Assembly: GCA_964626665.1 (NCBI GenBank)
Contig: CAZVGK010000020.1
Span: forward strand, 1-58,133
Direction: 5' to 3'
From: an uncultured Gemmatimonadota bacterium
Lineage (GTDB): Bacteria > SM23-81 > DAOVCL01
DNA length: 58,133 nucleotides
Position 1 is the stretch's first letter; every line of letters starts with the position of its first letter. Made by a program: the position numbers and the translations under genes. The notes beneath the pieces are model-generated. The model searched no databases. It worked only from the letters and a program-made list of their open reading frames with translations, and was not told the DNA's origin. This document shows positions 49,528 through 58,133 of this stretch, piece by piece.

Positions 49528-50748
49528 CTACTGGTATCTGAGGGCGGTGATAGGGTTGAGTTTTGCCGCCTTAGCTGCAGGCCAGATGCCGAAGATAAGG
49601 CCGACAAGGGTGGAGAATCCCAGGGCAAGGAAAATTGACCAGAGGGGGATGGCTGCCTTCAGGGGGGTCATGGTTGAGATCAACTTTCCTATTCCACCTC
49701 CTAAGCCTAAGCCGATTATCCCTCCTATCCCGCTGAGGATCAGGGCCTCGATGAGAAATTGGAGGAGGATGTCCTTCCTTTCCGCCCCAATGGCCTTTCT
49801 GATGCCTATCTCCCGGGTGCGCTCGGTGACCGAGACGAGCATTATGTTCATAATGCCAATCCCCCCCACCAAAAGGGAGATGGAACTGACTCCAATCATC
49901 ACCAAAAAGAGAATCCGGGTAAGGTTTTTGTAGACATTCATTATAGTGTCCTGGGTATTGATGGCAAAGTCGTTGGCTTTGTCAGGAGGGATGTGCCTCC
50001 GGCGACGCATAAGGGAGGTAACCTCATCTTTGGCGTGTTCAAAGAGGGCTGGCTTGACCTCAACCAGGATGGTTATTGAACGGTGGGTGCCGAAGAGTTT
50101 CCTGAAGGTGGTAATGGGGATAATGGCCACTGCATCCATATCGTCACCGAACATACTTCCCTTCTTCTCCTGAATCCCGATTACCAGAAACTTCCGCCCT
50201 CCTATGCGGATGTGGCTTCCTAAGGGATCCTCATCCTTAAATAGCCCCTTGACAATAGTTTGACCGATGATACAGACTGGGCGGCGGTGGTTTAGCTCGG
50301 TCTGGGTGAAGAACCTTCCCCTCTCCACGGTGGTATTTCTCACCTCCTGGTAGGAAGGTGTAGTGGCCCTGATACCTACCCTCTCAGTCGATCTGTCCTT
50401 ATATTTTATCACCTTCCCAGAACCCATTACCGAGGCCACCCTCTTCACCGAGGGGCAGAGGCGGGCGATGGCTTGGGCATCCTCAATGGTGAGGTTTTTT
50501 CTGTTCCTATACTCAAACCACTCCCGACCGCCAAACCAGGGGTATTTTTGTAGATAGAAGATATTAGCTCCCAGTCCGGCTACCTGTTGGGAGACGGCCC
50601 TGTTCAATCCCTGAATGAGAGAGATGATTGTTACCACTGTCATCACCCCGATGATCACTCCCAAGATGGTAAGCAGGGCACGCACCTTGTGCATCCTCAA
50701 GGAACCTGTGGCCATACGGATGCCCTCCCATAGTTCCCTCCAGTTCAT
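49528..50748 (-). CDS. MacB/FtsX-family ABC transporter permease (paralog)
   Basis: Same signatures; ends [10 protein letters not shown]. Confidence 0.95.
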   Translation of the reverse strand: MNWRELWEGIRMATGSLRMHKVRALLTILGVIIGVMTVVTIISLIQGLNRAVSQQVAGLGANIFYLQKYPWFGGREWFEYRNRKNLTIEDAQAIARLCPSVKRVASVMGSGKVIKYKDRSTERVGIRATTPSYQEVRNTTVERGRFFTQTELNHRRPVCIIGQTIVKGLFKDEDPLGSHIRIGGRKFLVIGIQEKKGSMFGDDMDAVAIIPITTFRKLFGTHRSITILVEVKPALFEHAKDEVTSLMRRRRHIPPDKANDFAINTQDTIMNVYKNLTRILFLVMIGVSSISLLVGGIGIMNIMLVSVTERTREIGIRKAIGAERKDILLQFLIEALILSGIGGIIGLGLGGGIGKLISTMTPLKAAIPLWSIFLALGFSTLVGLIFGIWPAAKAAKLNPITALRYQ

Positions 50749-51452
50749 CCCTTTCCCTCCAAAGAGGTGTCATCCTGCACCCTTCCATCCAAGAGCCTAA
50801 GCTTGCGCTGGGAGCACTGGGCGATGTATTCCTCGTGGGTGACCAAGACGATGGTATTTCCCTCCTGGTGAAGTCTCCTGAATATCTCCATAATCTCGGT
50901 CCCTGTCTTGCTGTCCAAGTTCCCCGTTGGTTCGTCAGCCAAGATGATGGATGGTTTATTCACCAGGGCTCTGGCCAAGGCCACCCTTTGCCTCTGTCCA
51001 CCGGAGAGTTCATTGGGGCGGTGGTTGAGCCGGTCCCCCAACCCCACGCTTTCTAAGGCCTGAGCCGCTTTCTTTTGTCGCTCCAAGGCAGGAGCTCCGC
51101 TATAGACCAGAGGAAGCTCCACATTGTGGAGGGCAGTGGCCCGGGGGAGGAGGTTAAAGGTTTGGAAAACGAAACCTATCCTTCTGTTCCTTATTTGAGC
51201 CAAATCATCGTCGGTGAGATTGGCCACCTCTTGGCCGGCAAAGATGTAGGAGCCTTTGGTAGGGGTATCCAAACAGCCCAGGATGTTCATCAGGGTGGAC
51301 TTACCCGAGCCAGAGGGGCCCATTATAGCCAGGTATTCGTTGGCCTCGATCTTTAAATCTATCCCCTGCAAGGCGGGGACCTCTACCTCCCCTACCTTAT
51401 ATATTTTCTCAACACCTTTAAGTTCGATCAGCATTTTATTACGATAGTTCAT
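50745..51452 (-). CDS. ABC transporter ATP-binding protein (MacB/LolD type)
   Basis: [32 protein letters not shown]. Confidence 0.97.
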   Translation of the reverse strand: MNYRNKMLIELKGVEKIYKVGEVEVPALQGIDLKIEANEYLAIMGPSGSGKSTLMNILGCLDTPTKGSYIFAGQEVANLTDDDLAQIRNRRIGFVFQTFNLLPRATALHNVELPLVYSGAPALERQKKAAQALESVGLGDRLNHRPNELSGGQRQRVALARALVNKPSIILADEPTGNLDSKTGTEIMEIFRRLHQEGNTIVLVTHEEYIAQCSQRKLRLLDGRVQDDTSLEGKG

Positions 51453-51487
51453 CCCGGAGTATCATAAAAGCCGAAAATAGAAATTCC

Positions 51488-51750
51488 TGAGCTATCAGAT
51501 GCCCTCCCCGAGCCGTCAGAACTCCGATTCTGACGGCAAACGCAGCGGTGGTAGAATCGAGGTTCTACCACCGCTGTGAAAGTATCTCACCACGGAACAT
51601 CACGGAAGTTACACGGGTCAGCCCCATATCCTAATGGATTGAAAGTGGAAAATTGAAATTCTTGAGCCGTCAATTGCCCTCTCCGAGCCGTCAGAAACCC
51701 GATTCTGACGGCAAAGGTAGCGGTGGTAGAATCGGGGTTCTAGCACCTCT
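51488..51750. repeat. Two REP doublets inside the export operon
   Basis: A-type hairpins at 51512-51537 and 51687-51712; B-type at 51543-51576 and 51722-51747. Confidence 0.85.
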
Positions 51751-51806
51751 AAGAGGGTTTCTGCCCTGTGATGACAGTTTCTATCCCTTTGCCTTACTGT
51801 TACCTG

Positions 51807-52994
51807 CTACTTTTCCCTCTTCTCCAGAAGTGGTTTTTTCACTGTCTTGACCTTGTCTCCATCTTTGAGGTTGCGCAACTCCCGGTAACCTCCGGTAACT
51901 ACCTTATCTCCCTCTTTGAGACCATCCAATATCTCTATATTCGTCTCGCTGCTGATTCCAGTTTTTACCTGTTGTTGATGGGTTACTCCATCCTGGATGA
52001 CAAAGACAACCTCCACTGGCTTAGCCTTCTTTCTTGTTGATAAGGTATCCCCCTTCTCCTTCAGGGGCGACCTCATAACCACGGATTGGATGGGGACGGA
52101 AAGGACATTTGGATGGTGGGCCGTAATTATATCCACGGTGGCAGACATCCCGGGCCGCAGGGTAGGGAGAGGGTCAAGGGCCGAGACCTTAACCTTGAAG
52201 TTGGTTACCTCCTCCTGAGTTCCATATCCAGTAGTGGTAGCCGTGTTGGATGTCTCCTTAACCCGGCCATGAAGAACCGTATCCGGAAGGGCATCCACCT
52301 CGATCGTGGCCTTTTGACCTGGTTTCACATCCACAACATCGGTCTCATCGACGTCTACTTGAGCCTCAATCCTGGTTAGGTCGGCAACGACCATTATCAC
52401 ATCCTCCTGAAATTGGGCTCCCAAGACCATTTCCCCCTCCTCTTTGTTCAGCCTGGTGATCAGTCCGGAGATGGGAGAGGTGATGGTGCACTTGGAGAGG
52501 TCATCCTCGGCCTCCTTCAGGGAGGCCTTCCCCTGCTCAACCCCGCTTTTAGCTGCCGTATATTGAGAGCGGAGGAGTTCCATCTCTGACTCTGAGGTCA
52601 ACTCCTTTCCGTAGAGTTCCTTGGCCCTTTTATAGTCCCCTTCCACCTTCTTTAGGTTAGAGATTGCCGAGTTGAGGCTCGACCTGGCCCTTTCCACATT
52701 GGCCACATATCTTGTTTTGTCCAAGAGGACAAGCAGTTGGCCCTTCTCCACCCTCTGCCCCTCCTTCACCGGAAGGCCGATGATCCTGGCTGCTATGTTG
52801 GCACTTATCTTCACCATAGTCTCCGGTTGGATCTTTCCCGAGGCGGTGACCTTGGACTTGAGGTCCTTTCTCTTTACCGTTTCGGCTTGCACCTTCACGG
52901 CTGGTTGGCTTGACCTGGTTAGATTGAGGATGATTATAAGGGCCACCAGACAACCGCCAAGTATAATGAAAATCGTTCTTTTCTTTTTAGACAT
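51807..52994 (-). CDS. Efflux periplasmic adaptor subunit (MacA/YknX-like MFP)
   Basis: N-terminal TM, VKEGQRVEKGQLL, ITSPISG, VDETD, LRPGMSA, GLKEGDKVV. Confidence 0.93.
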   Translation of the reverse strand: MSKKKRTIFIILGGCLVALIIILNLTRSSQPAVKVQAETVKRKDLKSKVTASGKIQPETMVKISANIAARIIGLPVKEGQRVEKGQLLVLLDKTRYVANVERARSSLNSAISNLKKVEGDYKRAKELYGKELTSESEMELLRSQYTAAKSGVEQGKASLKEAEDDLSKCTITSPISGLITRLNKEEGEMVLGAQFQEDVIMVVADLTRIEAQVDVDETDVVDVKPGQKATIEVDALPDTVLHGRVKETSNTATTTGYGTQEEVTNFKVKVSALDPLPTLRPGMSATVDIITAHHPNVLSVPIQSVVMRSPLKEKGDTLSTRKKAKPVEVVFVIQDGVTHQQQVKTGISSETNIEILDGLKEGDKVVTGGYRELRNLKDGDKVKTVKKPLLEKREK

Positions 52995-53167
52995 ATGAAA
53001 ACTCCATTTCTTAGCCTGAATTATTCATAAATTTTAGCCACGAAGCCTCTAAGATCGCAGAGAAAATAAAAAGCAAAAGAGAGATGAAATCTACCGAGCC
53101 GTCAGAACCCCAATTCTGACGGCAATCTCTATTCTCTTTCCGTGTTTATCCGTGGTGAACCCCATTC

Positions 53168-54448
53168 TTAGTAGGAGGTCAAGCCCAGGGTCTTCTCCAT
53201 ATCTGCCTGGGCCAATCTGTAGGCATAGAGAATCTCTATCCAACCCGCCTGGGTGGAGGAGTAGCTGGCCTGGGCATCGAGCAATTCAAGCATAGTGACG
53301 GAGCCCAATTTATACTTCTCCTGGGCCAGCCTCAGATCTTCACGAGCAGCGGAGAGGCTCTCCTTGGTTATCTGCAAACTCTCTTTGGCCTTGGCCATTT
53401 CCAAGAGGGCCTCTTGGATGTCCAGCTTCACCTTTCTCTGGGTCTGGTTTAACTTCAAGCGGGCGTTGACCAAGCCCTCTTGGGCCTCCCTTATGTTAGC
53501 CTTGGTGGAGAGGCCATCAAATAGGGGGAGGGTAACGGTTCCCCCTATCGTCCAGGTGTAGTCCCGGTGCAGAAGGTTTTTGGCCTCTGAGGCCTTCTCA
53601 TTACTCCAGGAGTATCCCCCCGAAATGCTCAGCCTGGGCAACCTTCCCCCCTTGGCCATTGACAAGCTCCCCTCCGCCCTCTCCACCCCCGCCTTGGCCA
53701 TCTGGATCTCCGGATGACTCCTGAGGGCAGTAGCAATGATTTCCTTGTGATCAACCTCCTTCCCGATCTGTTCCAAGTCATCCACGATCTCTAAGGGAGA
53801 GTTAATAGGAAGTCCCAAACTATGATTCAACTCTGATCTGGCCTGTTTTAGCTGGTTTTGCGCATCTATCAGGGCCAGTTTATCCTTGCCCAACTGCACC
53901 TTGGCCTTGAGCACATCGGAGATGGTGACCGAACCAAGTCTATATAGGTTCTCTGCCTTCTTCAACTGTTCTTCGCTCCTTTTAACTGCACCGCCTCTCA
54001 CCTCGAGAATCCTTTTGGATTTCAGGAGGTTATAATATCTCTGTTTGATCTCCCAAACCAGGGATGCTTTGGTAAGGCTATAACCCTCCTCGTTCCATCT
54101 TCGGTTTGCCCGTTGATATTTAAGATGGGCGAGGTTGTAACCACCGTTATAGATGGATTGGTTTAAGGAGAGGTGCAGTGAATAAGATTTGGACTCTGGG
54201 GTGGACCAATGTTTGGATTTAGTATAACCCGCCTCCGAACTTAAGTGAGGAAGAAAAGCTGACCAGGCCCCCAGCAGTCCAGCCTTTGCCGAACGCAGGT
54301 TAGCTTGAGCACCCAATATGTCTTCATTCTTCTTTAAAGCTTGTTCGATGCATTCCTTTAGGGTCAAGGGATGGTTTAAAGGGGAGGCGAAAGCCATCAA
54401 GGGGATCAACAGGGCCAGGAGGAAAAGATGTAGAGTTTTCTTATGCAT
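53168..54448 (-). CDS. TolC-family outer membrane protein
   Basis: Signal peptide from ATG 54448; LTLKECIEQAL; two OEP repeats; KYKLG....LELLDAQ. Confidence 0.92.
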   Translation of the reverse strand: MHKKTLHLFLLALLIPLMAFASPLNHPLTLKECIEQALKKNEDILGAQANLRSAKAGLLGAWSAFLPHLSSEAGYTKSKHWSTPESKSYSLHLSLNQSIYNGGYNLAHLKYQRANRRWNEEGYSLTKASLVWEIKQRYYNLLKSKRILEVRGGAVKRSEEQLKKAENLYRLGSVTISDVLKAKVQLGKDKLALIDAQNQLKQARSELNHSLGLPINSPLEIVDDLEQIGKEVDHKEIIATALRSHPEIQMAKAGVERAEGSLSMAKGGRLPRLSISGGYSWSNEKASEAKNLLHRDYTWTIGGTVTLPLFDGLSTKANIREAQEGLVNARLKLNQTQRKVKLDIQEALLEMAKAKESLQITKESLSAAREDLRLAQEKYKLGSVTMLELLDAQASYSSTQAGWIEILYAYRLAQADMEKTLGLTSY

Positions 54449-54456
54449 TCTGCCTC

Positions 54457-55167
54457 CTAAAAGACTTTGATCAGGCTTCGCAGGGCCAGGCTGAGGATTA
54501 TCCAGAGGAGCCACCAACTGAAGACCATTCCGGCTGACTTCTTGAGGTTAAACCTATAGGTTGCGCTGATACCGATAGAGACTAAGATTAAAATCCAGAT
54601 CTGAAAGAAGTCAAAGTGGTCCAAAAACCTGTAGGGAAGGCTTTTGGCGGCCTCAGTAGGTAAGAGAAGGGCCAAACTTGTTTGGATATGGAGGTTGTTT
54701 TTGGCCAGAATGAGTGGTGCCTTGATTACCAGAGCGGGTATGGTTACAAAGTTGGCATAGCTACAGGCTGAAAACACCTGCCGAAAGGAGCCCTCCCCTC
54801 CCAAGAGAAGGCTGGCCCCAAAATAGAAGACGCCAGCCTGGACAGCAAGGGTAAGGAGAAAGCCTATGGGGACAAAGAGCATCTTCCAATTTGCCCCTTG
54901 ACCTTGTTCCATCTTCTGGATTATCTCCTCCTTCTTCTCCTGGGGGATCCTCTCACTCTGCATAATTCGCTTTTTCCCCTCCTCTATACTTAAAGGGGCA
55001 ACCCTCCAACTGAAGATAGTCAGAGCTATGGCCACAATTAAGAAGGGGAGAAGCCAGGTGGGGTTATCCCTCAGATAGGTGAAGGTATGGGTGGGGCTAC
55101 CGATTACCCCCCAGAGCCTGGCCAAAGTCCCCAACTGGGGCTTTTCTAAAGCAGTTTGCTCTTCCAT
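54457..55167 (-). CDS. Yip1-domain membrane protein (YknW-like)
   Basis: SP..TF..L...P.W..P, five TM segments, DFF.IW...L..IG. Confidence 0.85.
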   Translation of the reverse strand: MEEQTALEKPQLGTLARLWGVIGSPTHTFTYLRDNPTWLLPFLIVAIALTIFSWRVAPLSIEEGKKRIMQSERIPQEKKEEIIQKMEQGQGANWKMLFVPIGFLLTLAVQAGVFYFGASLLLGGEGSFRQVFSACSYANFVTIPALVIKAPLILAKNNLHIQTSLALLLPTEAAKSLPYRFLDHFDFFQIWILILVSIGISATYRFNLKKSAGMVFSWWLLWIILSLALRSLIKVF

Positions 55168-55566
55168 CCTCTCTCCTCTTTTAAGCTTAGCTCAAAGGCC
55201 TACAGCCGAATTTAACCCCGGACTATAGGCAACTGCAAGGTCATTATGTAATTTGCGCTGTCAGATCCCCTGATCTGACAGACAGCAGTGGTGGCAGAAC
55301 AGGGGTTCTGCCACCTCAGCGGGGACTCCTGGCCTAAAGCCCAGGAGAGGTTACCCCCCGCTTGTGCGGGGGTAGAAGGAGAACTCTTACCACGGAGCGA
55401 CACGGAAATTCACGGAACATGACTGCGTTAAATCCTTTTCTGTGTTGTTCCGTGTAAATCCGGGGTAAGTTTTTTCTACGGCACTTCAGCGGAGTAGAAT
55501 CTTTTTTCTACAAATCCGCACTTGCCTACTCATTGGGATTAACGAAACTTAGGGCCCTGCAGTTTC

Positions 55567-55607
55567 AAAAAAAGGGGGGACTATTATTATAAATGTCCCC
55601 CTTTTTT
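55567..55607. terminator. Bidirectional intrinsic terminator downstream of tonB
   Basis: A7-GGGGGGAC...GTCCCCC-T6. Confidence 0.8.
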
Positions 55608-55627
55608 GCTAGCCCTTCAAATCTGTC

Positions 55628-56260
55628 TCATTGCGTTTTGGCTTCTTTCAGGATAAACCTCACCGGATAGCTAACCCAGACCTTCACCGGTTTGTCCCTC
55701 TGCATAGCAGGTTTGAACTTGCACTGCATAGCAGCGGCAATGGCTGCTTCATCCAGTCCTGCCCCCAAGCCCTTAAGCACCTTAACATTAACCACATTTC
55801 CCTTCTCGTCAACCTGAATTTTGAGGATAACGGTTCCCTCCACGCCAGCCTTACGGGCAATCTCCGGATAGATGGGTTTGACCAATCTGGTCAACTGGGG
55901 AGCCTGATCATAGGCAACAAATTCAGTCTGCTCCGGAGCCGGCGGTGGAGGAGGGGGAGGAGGTTGAGTGAGGTCCAGGTCTGTCTCCCCTATGGTCACA
56001 TCCTCGGGAACCTCTTCCGATTCGGACTCTACTGGAATAGATGGCCTTGCGGGGGGAGGAGCTATCTTTTGCTGATGGGTCTCCGGGATGTTCTCCACCT
56101 CGATGATCTCCTGTTTCTTCATTCTCTCATAGGGGTTTACCTTTACCGATGGGTAGGCGAGAAAAAGCAGGAGAAAAAGGGCCAAGGCAGCGGTGACCGA
56201 CTTCTCCATTGCCCTTGAATATTGGGCCCTAAGATTGGCCTGAGGGTTTCTATACTTCAT
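55628..56260 (-). CDS. tonB: Energy transducer TonB
   Basis: TM helix, poly-Pro linker, YPEIARKAGVEGTV...FKPAMQ.DKPVKVW. Confidence 0.93.
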   Translation of the reverse strand: MKYRNPQANLRAQYSRAMEKSVTAALALFLLLFLAYPSVKVNPYERMKKQEIIEVENIPETHQQKIAPPPARPSIPVESESEEVPEDVTIGETDLDLTQPPPPPPPPAPEQTEFVAYDQAPQLTRLVKPIYPEIARKAGVEGTVILKIQVDEKGNVVNVKVLKGLGAGLDEAAIAAAMQCKFKPAMQRDKPVKVWVSYPVRFILKEAKTQ

Positions 56261-56262
56261 TG

Positions 56263-56679
56263 TTAACCACCCCCTTTCTCCTTCCTTGTGCCAAAGCTTA
56301 CTCTTAAAGCATCGGCCTTCCTGAGCTCCTCCATTAAATCGGAGACCACTCCATATCTGGCTCGCTTGTCTGCTTGCAGGGAAATTATGGTTTTGGGATC
56401 TTTCTGGAGCTTGTTCTTCATCACCTTTTCCACCAAAGGGAGCTTCACATCCATATCGTCTATTTTTATTCCGCCTGCAGGGGTCACCCAGATATGGGTT
56501 ATATGCCTCCTGGTCTCTATCTTCTGGGTTTTCTCCGCTTCGGGGAGGAGAACTCTCAGGCCGGTATACTGTTTAAAGACGGTGGAAACCATAAAGAAGA
56601 TGAGCAGAAGGAAGGCTATATCGGCCATGGAAGCTGTAGGTATCGTGCCCTCTACCTTTGATTTTCTGCTAAAAGTCAT
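56263..56679 (-). CDS. exbD: Biopolymer transport protein ExbD
   Basis: IPTASMADIAFLLLIFFMV; LQADK.A.YG.V. Confidence 0.92.
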   Translation of the reverse strand: MTFSRKSKVEGTIPTASMADIAFLLLIFFMVSTVFKQYTGLRVLLPEAEKTQKIETRRHITHIWVTPAGGIKIDDMDVKLPLVEKVMKNKLQKDPKTIISLQADKRARYGVVSDLMEELRKADALRVSFGTRKEKGGG

Positions 56680-56694
56680 TTTGATAGCCTCCTC

Positions 56695-57099
56695 TTAATC
56701 CGGGGCAGCTAAGGATATGCGCTTAGCCCTGGCTAGCTTGATCTCATCCAGGACATCAACCATCGCATTGTAGGGAGCCTGTTTATCAGTCTTCAAGGAG
56801 ACAATTAGCTTATCATTCTTTTCCAGTTTATCCTCCAAAATAGGTCTTATCTCCCCTAAGCTTACCGGCTTGCCATCCAGGGCTATCTTCTCCTGGGCAT
56901 TTATCCAGATGTTGCAGATATTCTTCTTCCGCACTTTTACTGTGGACTGGCCATAACCGGGGAGGGTGAGCCCTAAGCCTTGATCCCTCTTCATTGTGGT
57001 GCTTACCAAAAAGAAGATGATCATCAGAAAGGCGATGTCGGCCATCGAGGCGGTGGGAATGGCAGGGGGAACCCCCAATTTCTTTTTGATCTTCATCAC
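56695..57099 (-). CDS. exbD: Biopolymer transport protein ExbD (second copy)
   Basis: IPTASMADIAFLMIIFFLV; LKTDK.APY..MVDVLDE. Confidence 0.92.
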   Translation of the reverse strand: MMKIKKKLGVPPAIPTASMADIAFLMIIFFLVSTTMKRDQGLGLTLPGYGQSTVKVRKKNICNIWINAQEKIALDGKPVSLGEIRPILEDKLEKNDKLIVSLKTDKQAPYNAMVDVLDEIKLARAKRISLAAPD

Positions 57100-57106
57100 T
57101 TCTCCT

Positions 57107-57757
57107 CTAAGCTACCTTTTCCCCTACTTTGGATGGTTTGCCCTCTTTGGAAAGGCCTGCCTCGGTGAGGGTCTCCACCATATCGGTGGAGCTCTCCTCC
57201 ATATCAATGATTAGCCGATCGATCTTGGAGACGAAGTAGTTGTAAAAAGCTTGCACCGGGATGGCGATGGCCAACCCCGTTGCGGTGGTGAGCAAGGCCT
57301 CGGAGATACCTGTGGCCACGAGGGTAGGTTCCACCTCGCCTGCTTTAGCGATGGCCTCAAAGGCGTGGATCATCCCACTTACCGTCCCCAAGAAACCAAG
57401 CATAGGGGCGATGTTGGCCACAGTGGCCAACCAGACCATGCCCCTTTCCAGGAAGGACATCTCCAGTGTTGCCGCGTCTTCAATGGATTTCTCCACATAC
57501 TCAACTCCCCTCTTTGCCCGGGTAAGGCCCGCATGCAAGATGGCTGCCACTGGCCCTCTGGTGGATTCACAGAGTTCCACTGCACTATCTATACTTGCTG
57601 TGGTGAGGGATTCTTTCAATTTTTTCATAAATTTCTTAGTGTTTATGGAAGCCCGAAAAAGGGTCCAGAACTTGATGATGATGAGGACTACCCCCGCAAT
57701 CAGGGCCAAAAGAAGAGGCCACATAAAGATTCCGCCCTTGTTGAAAAAATCTACCAT
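57107..57757 (-). CDS. exbB: MotA/TolQ/ExbB proton channel
   Basis: GG.FMWPL, APMLGFLGTVSGMI.AF, GISEALLTTATGLAIAIP. Confidence 0.93.
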   Translation of the reverse strand: MVDFFNKGGIFMWPLLLALIAGVVLIIIKFWTLFRASINTKKFMKKLKESLTTASIDSAVELCESTRGPVAAILHAGLTRAKRGVEYVEKSIEDAATLEMSFLERGMVWLATVANIAPMLGFLGTVSGMIHAFEAIAKAGEVEPTLVATGISEALLTTATGLAIAIPVQAFYNYFVSKIDRLIIDMEESSTDMVETLTEAGLSKEGKPSKVGEKVA

Positions 57758-57808
57758 TTGGTCTTCCTCCTTAGATTAAAGGGTCTCAAAATATCGCTTC
57801 CAAACCTA

Positions 57809-57837
57809 AATATAATTTCTTTCTCCCCTCCTGTCAA
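57809..57837 (-). promoter_or_regulatory. Sigma70-type promoter of the exbB operon
   Basis: Minus strand TTGACA-17 bp-TATATT about 50 nt upstream of exbB. Confidence 0.7.
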
Positions 57838-58020
57838 CATTTTTTTTACCGCATTTTAGAAAAAGGAAACAGGAATTAGGGGGATAATTACCCCCTTTAC
57901 CGGTGAGAATCAGGGTTCGCACAGCAAAGTGCGGTAGAATGAACGCATATCCGTCAGGGCAGAGCCCTACCAGCACAACTTTGCTGACAACTGGCGACCG
58001 ACAACTGACAACCGCTTTTT

Positions 58021-58133
58021 TCTTCTACCCGACTTTAGTCGGGGTAACCTCTTTGGGGCTTTAGCCCAAGTTTCCCTGCGGACAGGTCTAAAGACCTGTC
58101 CCTTGTATATTAAAGCCTAGAGCCCGAAACTGC
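58021..58133. repeat. Composite REP-like repeat, inverted relative to the window start
   Basis: Reverse complement of 13-126; a related internal copy lies at ~6260-6340. Confidence 0.9.

Noticed and set aside
55631-57859. Long antisense ORFs over tonB/exbBD (and over other genes)
   Set aside because: They are shadow frames opposite well-supported genes.

Overview
This is 58 kb of bacterial chromosome, most likely from an uncultured FCB-group (Bacteroidota-related) diderm. That is inferred from T9SS/FlgD-type C-terminal sorting domains, a PorV/PorQ-family barrel and an alpha2-type GlyRS; the exact lineage cannot be read from sequence. The left two-thirds is on the + strand: VWA/GATase and lamin-tail proteins, an M29 aminopeptidase split by an in-frame MITE, a class-V aminotransferase-serA-trpB2 cluster, a TPR gene and eno-ftsB-DUF502-mgtE-recO-glyQS. 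It continues with two large secreted Ig-repeat proteins carrying cohesin/dockerin-like modules, an unannotated small-protein locus (HhH protein, three related 46-68 aa proteins, a stand-alone cyanophycin-synthetase N-domain-like HxxEH protein) and a TonB-dependent receptor/CTD protein/PorV-like operon. The right third is on the - strand: exbB-exbD-exbD-tonB, Yip1-TolC-MFP-ABC export, an MBL nuclease, nadK-recN-pgsA-like and DUF362. Intergenic DNA is a nested mosaic of REP-like palindromes and MITEs, and one REP doublet family keeps a fixed strand polarity regardless of gene direction. The window ends are inverted copies of one repeat. I recognised no tRNA, rRNA, CRISPR array, transposase or reverse transcriptase. 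The best candidates for an undescribed system are the small-protein/HxxEH locus (29.6-31.8 kb), the TBDR-CTD-PorV operon and the cohesin-dockerin surface proteins.
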